From positions 3,872,001-3,936,000 of the forward strand of contig OY829846.1 in assembly GCA_963691875.1 (NCBI GenBank): a DNA stretch of 64,000 nucleotides, given 5' to 3'. Shown one piece after another: positions 20,801-30,614 of the stretch. Position 1 is the stretch's first letter. The number at the start of each line of letters is the position of its first letter. The stretch comes from Aureliella sp. GTDB lineage: Bacteria > Planctomycetota > Planctomycetia > Pirellulales > Pirellulaceae. A program made the translations under genes and the position numbers. The notes under the pieces are model-generated. The model was not told where the DNA came from. It did no database searches and saw only the letters and a program-made list of their open reading frames with translations.

Positions 20801-23647
20801 GTGGCATCCATACAGCCAGCCGTCTGGCCCCCAGATGAATGCGTTCAGTGTTTCATGCGTGTCTTGATAGCCCCAACCGTCGAGCAAGATCTCCGGTTCC
20901 GAATCAGGTACATCATCACCGTCGCGATCTGGAATGAACATGAAGTAGGGTGCTGCACCGACCCAAACGCCGCCAAAGCCAACTTCCAATCCGCTGACAA
21001 GATTGAGTCCTTCGATGAATACCTTACGGCTATCTAAGGAGCCATTGCCATCGGTGTCTTCGAAGATGAGAATGCGGTCGCGACCTTTCTCACCCTTTGC
21101 ACGAATCGGATATTCGTAAGCCTCGGCAACCCAGACGCGTCCACGGTCATCGATTGCCATTGAGATAGGTTGTTGGATCTGCGGCTCCGTAGCGCCGACT
21201 TTGACTTGAAATCCTTCGGGCAACTTCATTGCGGACGCGGCTGCTTCCGCCGGAAGCCCTGCGTGGGGATATTCGTCCGCCTTGAGAACCACCTTCGGCG
21301 GAGTTGGCTTACTTGGAGCAGAGTCGTAGAGACGGAAGGAGTCAAAGTTCAAATGCCCCCAGTGACCACGATGTGTGTCCACCAGTCGAACCATAATCTC
21401 TTTGCCCATGTGAGCACGGAGATCCACGACAACTTGTCGCATGGTTTCTGTCTGTGAGCCTACCATCTTGTAGAACGCCTTGCCGGTATCCTTGCGAACC
21501 AGTTCGACTCTTGTGGCCTCGGATTCTCCACCTTCAGTCAGGAAGCTTGCGTAGCGGTGCTCGACCACAAAGGGCTCCGAAGTCAGCGTACCAGTACGCG
21601 CGTCTCCATGCTTCTCGTAACCACCAATCCAGAACTTTCCTTGGTGGTTGCTGCGCATTTCGTTGCGACGCGGAAAGACCGTATCGCCTTCGATAGGCTG
21701 GCCTTCCCAGGCGTCACCGGTTGCCGTCCAGTCAGCTAAGGTGCCTGTCTCAAAGTCTAGATTCAACTCTTTGCCAGCTACGGACTTCGGTTTAAAGCCC
21801 ACAGGTTTTTTTGCTAACGGTTTTGCTGCAACTGCTTGGCCTTGTACAAAACTTCCATCAGGTTTGTTGATCCGCAGATAGTCCAAGGCGAACATGTACG
21901 ACTTGTCTGCCTTTGGATTCGCTCCAGCAAGCTGTACCTTTAGTTGATGGCGTTTTCCGTCGACCGCGACTTTCGGAAAGGAGATCACTCCGGTCGTGAT
22001 AACATCTGGATGATAGAGATCAATTGGCGTTCCCAGCAGCTTGTCGTCGAGCGCCAGTTGAACAATGCCGTAGTCTCGAGCGCATGTCAGAACCACCTCG
22101 AGATCAACTGTGCCAGTGAACTGAGGCAGTTCAAGAGTCAGCGTATCGCCGGGCTTGGCGCCGGTCCACCACATTTGAGAAGCGTTGCTCCAGCTGTCAG
22201 CTTTGAAGTTCGCCATGCCCTGCGGCTTGAAGACGCCGCCTGTCACCTTGCCTTTGAGTGTTTCGCCTTCGATCGACCCCACCACGTGCCTGGTTTTTGG
22301 ATTGATCTTGGACTTCGGTCCCTTAATCGACTTGGCATTTTCAACTTTAGGCAGTTTCGGCCCGTCATAGATTTTTGGCTGAGCCGCCGCGAACACTTCC
22401 GCCGTAACGGTCAGCTTTTGCTGAATCAGGACGTGGGCACCGACCATTCCGCCAACCACAATATCAGGGCGCTTGTCCTTGTTCACATCGACGATCGAAA
22501 TCTGCCTTCCGATTCCCGCTTCGCCGTCGGCTCGATAAGGAATCCAATCGACACTATCCTCGCCGCGCACTAATTTGAACCAGTAAACGACGGCTCCCGC
22601 ATCCCAGCCAGGGCTCTGGCGGTGGTGTGAGTAAAAGGTCTTGCCCGTAATAATGTCTTTCAATCCATCGCCATCCATGTCTGCCAAAGCCACTGAATGC
22701 GGTTCGCTGAATACCACACCGTACTTATTCTCTGAAGGGTGAGAACCCATGATCAAATGATGCTTGAAGGCAGGTTCGTTCTTATCTTCACCTGAAATCT
22801 GTTCGTACCAGCCAAGGCCAAAATCGTGGGCACGATGACTGGTGATGATGTCGTTGTCGCCGTCACCGTCCACGTCGTAGGCGTACATCTCCGCGCCGCC
22901 ATAGCCCTCACTGAAAGAAACAGCATGCGGCATCCAACGCGAAGTCAATTGGTGCGTGAGTGGCTGCTCAAACCAACCTTTGGCGTGCAGAATATCGAGC
23001 CGCCCATCTCCGTTGACGTCACCCACGCCGAGACCATGTCCAAACTTCTTTGATGCGATTTGCTCCGAGACTGCATGGAATTCCCAAGCCTCAAATGGCT
23101 GATCCCAATCGATGGTCGCGAAACCAAAGAAACCGTCGCGTGTACACAACAATTCAGGTCTCTCATCTCCAACGATATTGAGTAGTTGCGGTGATTCATT
23201 GGAAACCCAGTCAAAGACTTGATGCTTTGGCCAGTGCTTACCCCAGCCTCCGTTGCCAGGATTCTCATAGACGTAGGCAGGTGTCCCTGGAAAGCCGACC
23301 ACGAAAACATCATGGAATCCGTCGCCGTTAAAGTCGTTGAGCCAGTTGAAGAAATTGTCCGCGTAGCCTTCTCGATTCTGAGGAACAGGCTTGTAGATTT
23401 CGTGTTTCGTTTTGTAGTCAGGTCCAGCGAACCAGTAGGGACCATAGACGACATCGGCAATACCATCACCGTTGACGTCCGCCGCGTTGGCACCTTCAGA
23501 GAAGTAAACATCGCTTAGCTGCTGCCGCTTAAAACTACGCAGGATGTTCTCGTCTGCCGCAGCGCTAGAAGACAGCACAATCAAGAATGACGCGCACACG
23601 CAACTCAACGAGTATTTCAACAAATTCATTTCTATTCCCCTACCCAT
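17819..23647 (-). CDS. Secreted multidomain PVC-type heme-binding dehydrogenase: FG-GAP repeats, beta-sandwich modules, dehydrogenase propeller, HEAT repeats, cytochrome c, DUF1080
   Basis: DVNGDG repeats; MKLPEGFQV..EP, WGPDGWLYG and GTSNPWG; CQKCH..IGPDLTG..SMMP; LFNGRDLTGW..NSGIQFR..QLHSG. Confidence 0.9.
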   Translation of the reverse strand: MGRGIEMNLLKYSLSCVCASFLIVLSSSAAADENILRSFKRQQLSDVYFSEGANAADVNGDGIADVVYGPYWFAGPDYKTKHEIYKPVPQNREGYADNFFNWLNDFNGDGFHDVFVVGFPGTPAYVYENPGNGGWGKHWPKHQVFDWVSNESPQLLNIVGDERPELLCTRDGFFGFATIDWDQPFEAWEFHAVSEQIASKKFGHGLGVGDVNGDGRLDILHAKGWFEQPLTHQLTSRWMPHAVSFSEGYGGAEMYAYDVDGDGDNDIITSHRAHDFGLGWYEQISGEDKNEPAFKHHLIMGSHPSENKYGVVFSEPHSVALADMDGDGLKDIITGKTFYSHHRQSPGWDAGAVVYWFKLVRGEDSVDWIPYRADGEAGIGRQISIVDVNKDKRPDIVVGGMVGAHVLIQQKLTVTAEVFAAAQPKIYDGPKLPKVENAKSIKGPKSKINPKTRHVVGSIEGETLKGKVTGGVFKPQGMANFKADSWSNASQMWWTGAKPGDTLTLELPQFTGTVDLEVVLTCARDYGIVQLALDDKLLGTPIDLYHPDVITTGVISFPKVAVDGKRHQLKVQLAGANPKADKSYMFALDYLRINKPDGSFVQGQAVAAKPLAKKPVGFKPKSVAGKELNLDFETGTLADWTATGDAWEGQPIEGDTVFPRRNEMRSNHQGKFWIGGYEKHGDARTGTLTSEPFVVEHRYASFLTEGGESEATRVELVRKDTGKAFYKMVGSQTETMRQVVVDLRAHMGKEIMVRLVDTHRGHWGHLNFDSFRLYDSAPSKPTPPKVVLKADEYPHAGLPAEAAASAMKLPEGFQVKVGATEPQIQQPISMAIDDRGRVWVAEAYEYPIRAKGEKGRDRILIFEDTDGNGSLDSRKVFIEGLNLVSGLEVGFGGVWVGAAPYFMFIPDRDGDDVPDSEPEILLDGWGYQDTHETLNAFIWGPDGWLYGCHGVFTHSKVGKPGTPDEQRTPLNCGVWRYHPLRHEFDIFAHGTSNPWGVDFDDHGQAFITACVIPHLYHIIDGARYQRQGGRHFNPHTYRDITTIADHLHYLGATPHSGNSKSDAAGGGHAHAGAMIYLGDKWPQEFRNKLFMNNIHGQRLNMETLKHSGSGYIGSHSPDFLLTGDKASQILNLRYGPDGNAWMIDWYDMQACHRREAEVHDRTNGRIYKICYGNSKISAPVGELAKMSDLELATLTLHANDWYVRHARRNLQERSAVKQIDQDAITFLHKVLSENADETRRLRAAWALHVVGALKESQIDGMLADKNAYVRGWAIQLALEKGDSRTLLPQLVKLAQSDESPVTRLYLASAAQKLPLSQRWALVEALTCHSEDAGDHNLPLMYWYAAEPLADEDTGRALALAMSAGENIPLLREFMLRRIGSGGAESSLAALVGGLGKADSPKLQLTYLNAIRSALSGRRKVDAPEGWTQVSAGLVRSENNEVRLQATALGVTFGDENALAAMRAEIADPQGNKNARMVALKALLDANDPGLVATLQSLLSEKGELRETAIRGLAQYSDPAVAPALLGAYSEFTPDQRRMALGTLCARIPSGLALLKAIEKKDIVGADLTADLVRQLQFLKSKEIDTLLQSVWGTARESAADKLKLIAEMKELVASTDLPPADIEHGRAIFAKTCQKCHVLYGVGNKIGPDLTGSNRANIDYLMSNIVDPSAVMAKEYLPTIVLTENGRVVNGLLKAEDDNSITLQTSDDKVILPKDEIVQRREGTQSMMPDDQLKQFNPDEIRSLIKYLQGNSQTPMLASEENARSLFNGRDLTGWTGNPELWSVENGELVGRTDGLKRNEWIVSDLSAEDFHLTLEVKLVGNEGNSGIQFRSTVKDGEVSGYQADIGIGWWGKLYEEQGRALLWKESGEVHVRGGEWNTYEIIAKGHKIVTKINGETCVDLDDPEGAHRGIIAFQLHSGGKTEVRFRNMKLKLLPSDSGHAH

Positions 23648-24144
23648 GTTGGAGTCAGGCTTTGGCCTCTCCTGTTATCACACGAGACGAATGTACTCAC
23701 GCCTCCCTCAGGAACCAGCCGCGGCAGAGGGGGAGTAAGTCGTCTATTTTTACTCGCCAATCGTAAATCGAAACGTATCCGTCACTACGTTCCCGGTCGT
23801 GTAACTTAATACATTACCTTCCAACCTGGCATCCATTGGCGGAATTGCCTGAGGCAAACCTGAAATCACAGCAGTAAGTTTCCCCTTCAACTTGGGATCA
23901 AATTCTAATTGAATCCTTCGCGAGCGAGAGCGATCCACGCTCGGCCAAGAGAGATATCTACGTGAGTGTCGCAAATCGACAGCACCAACTGACTTGATGC
24001 CAACTTGGAATATGACGTTCAGGCTCCTGCGCGCGTAAAGCGATGAAGGGAAGCTGCAATTCTGCCTGCCCGACAGAAATCATGTTGTTAGAAAGAGTGT
24101 GTTCGTCTTCAGATGTAAATCGGGCCGCGTGAGCGTTGCAAATC

Positions 24145-25176
24145 CTATACTTCTTCGAGTTTCAGTTTTCCGACTTGAACGGCCGCACCCATGTTGGCAA
24201 TTCCAGGGCCGACATAGTTCCTACCGAAGGGCAGGATCATCGGTTCTTCCCATGGGCGATGTGTGACCATTGCTGCAACTTCGTCAAGGCGCTTCAGAAT
24301 GTCCAGAGGTAAAGCACCTTTGGCAGCCGCTGCAACGCTTGCCTCCAGATGTTCAGCCGTCTTGCAGCCAATTGGAATCGTCGAAACGGCAGCATTCGAT
24401 AGCACGAATCGCAAACACATCTCCGACGCACTCATTCCGGACTGATCGATGAGGTCATAGTAAGCGAGCAGCTGCTGCTGGCGAGCTTCAGAAAGCCAGA
24501 GTGGTTTTGCTCGGACTTCCTCGTCAGCGCGACGCGTCAAGAATCCTTGCCCGAAGGCAGAACCCAACACGACTCCCATGTCTTTTTCGACCGCTGCTGG
24601 AATCACAGTATCGGCGGCTTCCCGGAACAATACGTTGTAGTTGAAAGCCGTGAGCACGACGTCGAATCGATCGCTCTGGATCAACGAAGTCATCTCTGTC
24701 ACCGTTGTGCCGGCCAAACCACAAAAGCGTATCTTTCCTGCTGACTTAAGCTCGTCGATTAAGTCCAGCGCCGGTCCTTCGAGTGGATCGTAACTGGTCC
24801 ACCAAGAGTATTGCTGCGGGCGATCAGGCTCGTGCACCTACAGGATGTCGATGTGATCACGACCGAGCAATCGCAAGCTTTCATCTACCGACTGCCGCAA
24901 GCCATTTATATCTAGCGGATTGAAGGGCTGAGGGCGACCACCGAGCTTGGTTGTCATGACTAGGGGAGCGTGGATACCAGCCATCGCTTCACCAACTGTC
25001 TTCTCACTGTCGGCATACGCAGGAGCGGTGTCAATCGCATTGACACCCAAGTCAATCGCCTTCCGCATGATTCGCTGTGTTTCTGCAACTCCACCCGCCA
25101 GCGACGAAGTGTAGAGACCACCGATCGATAAGACGCTTACATCGAGGTCTGTTCGACCTAGTCTTCTTGTTTCCAT
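24145..25176 (-). pseudogene. Aldo/keto reductase interrupted by one in-frame TAG
   Basis: RRLGRTDL, IDTAPAY and TKLG run in frame through DIL*VHEPD (TAG at 24838-24840) to an intact C-terminal half. Confidence 0.85.
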
Positions 25177-25189
25177 GTTGGTTTCTAAA

Positions 25190-25366
25190 GTAGCTCGTTC
25201 AGCCGCAGGGCGTTAGCCCCGGTTCTAGGTATTCTGATGGTGAGTTCCAGATTCAGTCAAATCTTCAATGATCGTCTAATGGAAGAGCTAAGATCGGAAC
25301 TGCGATCGTGTTGCACACAAGTCAATTCGTTGTGGGACCGGGGCAAACTCCGCGCGGCTGAAGAGC
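25190..25366. repeat. REPIN-like inverted pair of REP elements
   Basis: gctcgttcagccgcagggcgttagccccggttc (25193-25225, preceded by GTA) and its imperfect reverse complement at 25335-25366; spacer about 110 nt. Confidence 0.7.
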
Positions 25367-25367
25367 A

Positions 25368-26822
25368 TCACCCTATAATGTCGTGAATCACGTGTCCGTG
25401 CACATCCGTTAGTCGCATGTCGCGACCGCTAAACCGGAATGTCGAACGTTCATGGTCAACACCCATTAGATGCAGCATCGTGGCGTGCAAATCGTGCATC
25501 TCCGCGCGATTCTCAATCGCCTTGTACCCAAATTCATCCGTAGCCCCGTAGATCATCCCAGGCTTCACACCTCCGCCCGCAAGCCAAACAGTGAATCCGA
25601 AAGGATTGTGATCTCTACCATTTTTCCCTTGTGCAAAAGGAGTGCGACCGAACTCACCTGCCCAGACAACCAGTGTCTCATCTAGCAGCCCGCGCTGCCT
25701 AAGATCCTTCAGCAAAGCGCCAATCGGTTGATCCACGGCTCGTGCATTGTTCTCATGGCCATCCTTGAGATTATTATGTTGATCCCAACGATCACCACCG
25801 ACTTTCGGACAAGTCAACTCGATGAACCGTACGCCTTGCTCCAGCATACGACGAGCGAGCAGGCACTGAGCCGCATAAGTCTTCGTTGGACCGTAATCTG
25901 AGTCCATGCCATACATTTTCTGAATGTGTGCTGGCTCATCCGCCAGCGACATCACTTCTGGAACTGCCATTTGCATCGAGTGCGCCAATTCATAATTGCG
26001 AATCGCCGACTCCAGGCTGTCATGCTTGCCAAATTGCTTCTTACCGAGAGCATCTAGCTGATTGATAAGCTTCAGCTTTTCCTCCTGTTGCTCGGCGGTT
26101 TGCTCTCTTCGAGAAACATTGGCAACACCAGTCCCTGATGGCTTGAAAACAGAACCTTGGTAGCTGGCAGGCAAGAACCCGCTGCCGAAGCAATCGAGTC
26201 CACCTGGCGGAATCAAACCACCGTTTAAGACGACGAAGCCTGGTAGGTTCTGGCACTCACTGCCAAGGCCGTAGTTTACCCATGCGCCCATGCTAGGGCG
26301 GCCCTGAAGCCCGCTCCCTGTGTGCAAAAAGTAATTCGCGAAAGTGTGCTCTGGAAACTGGGAAGTCATCGAGCGAACAACCGCCAATTCATCCACGCAC
26401 TCAGCAACGTGCGGAAACAGTTCGCTGACCGGAATACCTGACTCACCGTGCTGCTTGAATTTCCACGGACTCGCCAGCAAAGATCCGTTGTTGTTGAACT
26501 GAGTTGGCTCCACATCGAAGAGCTTGCCAGGATCCTTACCGTTGAGCTTGTCCAGCGTCGGCTTGGGATCGAAGGTGTCAACTTGCGAAGGCCCGCCATC
26601 CATGTAGAGGAAGATCACGTTTTTAGCACGAACCTTGTGATGTGGCCCATGGCCAGCAAAGCCAAGGTCTGCCAAGCCGTCAACGTCGCTCGCGAAGGTT
26701 GGGTCGGATATCAGTCCAGCGAGAGCAACGGCCCCAAACCCGCCAGCGCAAGTGGCGAGCATCTCGCGGCGACTAGTTGGTTGCGACTGATATCGCTGAC
26801 AAGGAAAATTGTTCTTAATCAT
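25368..26822 (-). CDS. DUF1501 family protein (Tat-like leader)
   Basis: SRREML; AKNVIFLYMDGGPSQVDTFDPKP, WDQH, GEFGRTP..GRDHNP and RLTDVHG motifs; ATGA overlap with the upstream gene puts the start at 26822. Confidence 0.93.
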   Translation of the reverse strand: MIKNNFPCQRYQSQPTSRREMLATCAGGFGAVALAGLISDPTFASDVDGLADLGFAGHGPHHKVRAKNVIFLYMDGGPSQVDTFDPKPTLDKLNGKDPGKLFDVEPTQFNNNGSLLASPWKFKQHGESGIPVSELFPHVAECVDELAVVRSMTSQFPEHTFANYFLHTGSGLQGRPSMGAWVNYGLGSECQNLPGFVVLNGGLIPPGGLDCFGSGFLPASYQGSVFKPSGTGVANVSRREQTAEQQEEKLKLINQLDALGKKQFGKHDSLESAIRNYELAHSMQMAVPEVMSLADEPAHIQKMYGMDSDYGPTKTYAAQCLLARRMLEQGVRFIELTCPKVGGDRWDQHNNLKDGHENNARAVDQPIGALLKDLRQRGLLDETLVVWAGEFGRTPFAQGKNGRDHNPFGFTVWLAGGGVKPGMIYGATDEFGYKAIENRAEMHDLHATMLHLMGVDHERSTFRFSGRDMRLTDVHGHVIHDIIG

Positions 26823-29800
26823 CGGAGAAAGATAAACTCCTTGGTATTCACGAGAGCGTGAGCCAAACTTGCCCAGACTTGTGGATCGTCTATTGAGACC
26901 CTTTGCGATGCAACCTGCCCTTCGAGAAATGCGGTTGCCACTGCCGCTTCTCGCTCCGTCGGACTTCGCGCTAGGCCGGAGAGGTACAGCCACTCAATCC
27001 GACGCTTCGTCACGTCTACATCAGAACTAGGTATACCCTCCAACGCTCTCTTACCCCACTTGGCCGACAGCTCTGAGACAAGCGGATCGTTCAGCAGAAT
27101 CAAAGCCTGGGCCGGCACGTTGGATACATTCCGCCGACCCATCGAACTAAACGGAACTGGAGTATCAAAGGTCAACATAAAGGGCGAGAGGAAGTTGCGG
27201 CGTACGGATATATAAATCGAGCGACGTCCCTCGCCATCCAAAGGACCGCTTTTCCCAGGACGCCCACGTCCGTCCATAAAGGGCGTTAAGTGAATTGGCA
27301 CTGGAGGACCAAAGGCTGTTGGATCCAAATCACCAGAAAGCGCGAGTAGAGCGTCACGAATGGCTTCACCCTGCAGTCGACGCGGAGGCTGGTAGTGCCA
27401 CAGTTTGTTGGTCGGATCTTTCTGCATCGCGTCCGCATCTGCGAAGCTCGACATCTGATAAGTTCGCGAAAGAACGATGTACTTAATCATGCGCTTGATG
27501 CTACGACCATCTTTGAGGAAATGTGTCGCCAAGTGATCAAGCAACTCGGGATGCGAAGGCCTTTGCCCCAAGAAACCGAAATCATCGACTGTTGGAACGA
27601 TCCCACGGCCCATCAGGTGATGCCAGATTCGGTTGACGATCACGCGCGAAGTCAAAGGGTTGGCCGGATCATTGATGTGCTCGGCCAGCTCCAGTCGCCC
27701 GCTCCCTTGGCGAATAGACATAGGTTCATCACCGGCTATCGCTGTCAAAAAATGCCGAGGCTCAATATCGGTTGGCTTGGATGAATTGCCCCGGTCTAAG
27801 ATTCGGTCGTCTTCACCGGTTCCATCCAACATTGCCAAGGCGACATGCGACTTGCGGACGATCTGCCCCGCTAGCTGCTCTCGTTCTTTCTGCCACACGC
27901 GAACCAGTCGCCGCGCTGCTTCCATTTCAACCCGATGCGTCACCGAGGAATTTCCCTCGGCTTCGTGCTCCTTATCCGTAACCACTACCTTCTGGAACAC
28001 GATGTGATCCAGCCCGATATTGCCCCAGCCTGACTTGTGATTGTCGACGACTTGGATCTTCGCTTTCTTTCCCGAAAACTGACGAACGTCCCAAATGTTC
28101 AAAGACATTTGATTATTCGCCTTGCCAGTGGCGGAGAGTACTGCGTTGCCATCGATCGAGAGGTTGACACAAGTCTTGCCTTGATGGTTGCCTCCGCCCA
28201 CCATGAATTGGATGCGATCGAAATCGATTGTGAACGCTGAAGAAGTCAACGTGCCAGTGAGACTATCACCTTTTCGTACATCGCCACCTGGGCGGATGTT
28301 GTGCGAGTTGACGAAGTACTTGCCAACGCCATTAATTCGACCTTGATACGACGCAATCGTTTTCAAGGTTTGCGGAATTTCACCAAAAGCATCACCCTTT
28401 GTGGTCCAGCCGTTGTAAGTACCCGATTCGAAGTCCGCAAAGACGGTTTCTTCGATCTCGACATTACTTCCGCTGTTCAGCATTGTTTCAGCGACTTCAG
28501 CGTATTCTTCGTATTGCCGATCTTCAGACTTCAAGCGTTTGTCGATCTCGGCGAGCCCTTGCCCATCAAGTCCTTGCGTCACCATTCGAACCGAGAGCTG
28601 CCTGTCCTTGGCAGGAACGAACTCCAAGTGCAATCGATGCCCAACGTAGCGAGTCAAATTGAGGTTTACCCAGCGCTGGCCTTCCTTCACCCCGACTACC
28701 GTTTGACCATGCAGCGGTCCCGCGACCAAGCGGTGTGAATCGACGCAAGCAACGATGTGGCCAGTACCATCAACCAAGCAACTTACCTTGCCATCCTTCA
28801 GTTCGAAGGTCGGCGATCGCAGAGTACGTCCGCTTTTTGGCAGCTTAGCAACAGCGCTCGAGTTTCTCACCGAACCTTCAGTGATAGACTCGAAACCGGA
28901 CCAAATCGCGTCATTGACGGCAACGCCAGCTCGAGCCACTTCGACCTCGCCAGTAGATGAAAGATAAGCGAGGCCAGAAGATCTCGGCGATGCACCAAAG
29001 ATTACGCCATCCTGCATGAAATGTTGCTCAGGCAGGTTGGAATAGTCCACGACTATCGAATCATCGACTAAATGACTTGTTTGTGAAGGTAGTCGGATTC
29101 CTTGACTGGCTAGCAAGTCTCGAATCTGCGTTTGATATTTGGCATCCACTCGTGCCAACTCTTCCGCAACTCTGCGATTCTGCGCCATCGACTCAAAGCG
29201 AACCTGGCGATAATCGCTACTCTGCAGAAACCCCGACAAGGAGTAATAGTCCGCGGTAGAAATCGCGTCAAACTTGTGATCATGGCAGCGAGCACAAGCA
29301 ACTGTAACACCGAGAAATGTTTTCGACATAACGTCGATCATGTTGTCGAAGCGATCCGATTCATCCTTGCGAATATCGACGGGGGAGTGGACCCATTCAC
29401 CAAGGAACCAAAAGCCTGTTCCCAAAACAGATTCGTTGAAACCCTTGGTCGGATGCAAGCGAGGCTCGGTTATCAAGTCGCCGGCGATGTGCTCGCGCAC
29501 GAACTGATCGTAGGGCACATCTGCATTCAGCGCTCGAATCACATAGTCGCGATACTGGAACGCATTCGGAGTGTCGTTATCAAACTCGTGGCCGCGTGAC
29601 TCTGCGTAGCGCACCAAGTCCAACCAGTGCCTGCCCCAACGTTCGCCAAAGTGCGGCGAGTCGAGTAAATGATCGACGACTTTCTCCAAAGTTTCCGGAC
29701 TCGAGTCGGCTAGAAACGAACCGATTTCTTCCGGCGTTGGCGGCAGACCGATCAAATCAAAATACAACCTACGAAGTATGGCTTCACGATCCGCGTCGCG

Positions 29801-30361
29801 TGATGGCTTGAGCTCAGCGGCTTCCAAGCCAGCCAAGATGTGTTGGTCAATTTCGCCACGAGGCCATTCGGTGTTCTGAACTTTCGGAGCAGCGGGGTCG
29901 ACAACTGGTTGCCAGACCCAGAACTTGGATTGGCGCTCTTCTAAGTCGAAGTTGCTCGTTACTGCCTCAGCTGACGGAGGTACTTCGTTGGGCCAAGGAG
30001 CGCCCATTTCAACCCATCGCACCAGTGTCTGCATATCCTTCTCAGGCAGTCTGCCCTTCGGTGGCATTTCGCCATCTTGGACCGTCTCTATCAGAAAGCT
30101 GTCTTCGACACTGCCCGGCTCGACCATTCCGCTGTCGATATGGCCAGATCTGCGATCGAGCAGCAAGTCAGCCTCGAGACGTTTCGCCTTCGCGCTGTGG
30201 CATTCGTAGCAATGCTTCGACAGCAACGGACGCACCTGCTTCTCGAAAAACTCAAGCTGCTCTGGTGTGAATTCTTGCTCGTCCGCCTGACCATCCACCA
30301 ACAATAGGGCCACGAAGAGCGGAATCAGAACGAACTGCGTAAGCGATCGAGAACTTATCAT
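26819..30361 (-). CDS. Planctomycete cytochrome c / DUF1549 / DUF1553 (PSCyt1-PSCyt2-PSD1) protein
   Basis: CYECH, GERWGRHWLDLVRY, CARCHDHKFD, NPLTSRVIVNRIW, PSHPELLD and SNVPAQAL motifs. Confidence 0.93.
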   Translation of the reverse strand: MISSRSLTQFVLIPLFVALLLVDGQADEQEFTPEQLEFFEKQVRPLLSKHCYECHSAKAKRLEADLLLDRRSGHIDSGMVEPGSVEDSFLIETVQDGEMPPKGRLPEKDMQTLVRWVEMGAPWPNEVPPSAEAVTSNFDLEERQSKFWVWQPVVDPAAPKVQNTEWPRGEIDQHILAGLEAAELKPSRDADREAILRRLYFDLIGLPPTPEEIGSFLADSSPETLEKVVDHLLDSPHFGERWGRHWLDLVRYAESRGHEFDNDTPNAFQYRDYVIRALNADVPYDQFVREHIAGDLITEPRLHPTKGFNESVLGTGFWFLGEWVHSPVDIRKDESDRFDNMIDVMSKTFLGVTVACARCHDHKFDAISTADYYSLSGFLQSSDYRQVRFESMAQNRRVAEELARVDAKYQTQIRDLLASQGIRLPSQTSHLVDDSIVVDYSNLPEQHFMQDGVIFGASPRSSGLAYLSSTGEVEVARAGVAVNDAIWSGFESITEGSVRNSSAVAKLPKSGRTLRSPTFELKDGKVSCLVDGTGHIVACVDSHRLVAGPLHGQTVVGVKEGQRWVNLNLTRYVGHRLHLEFVPAKDRQLSVRMVTQGLDGQGLAEIDKRLKSEDRQYEEYAEVAETMLNSGSNVEIEETVFADFESGTYNGWTTKGDAFGEIPQTLKTIASYQGRINGVGKYFVNSHNIRPGGDVRKGDSLTGTLTSSAFTIDFDRIQFMVGGGNHQGKTCVNLSIDGNAVLSATGKANNQMSLNIWDVRQFSGKKAKIQVVDNHKSGWGNIGLDHIVFQKVVVTDKEHEAEGNSSVTHRVEMEAARRLVRVWQKEREQLAGQIVRKSHVALAMLDGTGEDDRILDRGNSSKPTDIEPRHFLTAIAGDEPMSIRQGSGRLELAEHINDPANPLTSRVIVNRIWHHLMGRGIVPTVDDFGFLGQRPSHPELLDHLATHFLKDGRSIKRMIKYIVLSRTYQMSSFADADAMQKDPTNKLWHYQPPRRLQGEAIRDALLALSGDLDPTAFGPPVPIHLTPFMDGRGRPGKSGPLDGEGRRSIYISVRRNFLSPFMLTFDTPVPFSSMGRRNVSNVPAQALILLNDPLVSELSAKWGKRALEGIPSSDVDVTKRRIEWLYLSGLARSPTEREAAVATAFLEGQVASQRVSIDDPQVWASLAHALVNTKEFIFLR

Positions 30362-30460
30362 CCAATCAATTCTTGAACGAAATGCGACATTCGGAAAATG
30401 GAAAGACTAACTTCCAATCATTACATTATCTTTTACTCTACTCGATTGTCGAGAAGAATA

Positions 30461-30498
30461 TGTGACACGAGGATAACGATCTGCGACACAGGGATGAC
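30461..30498. promoter_or_regulatory. Putative AraC/XylR-type operator: direct repeat with 21-bp spacing
   Basis: tgtgacacgaggataac (30461) and tgcgacacagggatgac (30482) between the divergent regulator and PSCyt genes; minus-strand GATAAT at 30425-30430. Confidence 0.55.
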
Positions 30499-30614
30499 AA
30501 GGCAAGCTCGCGTATGCCGCTGGAGTTCAATCGAATCGAACGAAATCACCCACAACCCAAAGCGTGAGCGAGGAAGATGATTCTGTCGCCACGCGTCGGC
30601 CCGACAGGAGTAGT

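Noticed and set aside
26823..26993. N-terminal extension of the DUF1501 ORF given in the track
   Set aside because: It overlaps the PSCyt gene; the ATGA-coupled start at 26822 precedes the Tat-like motif.
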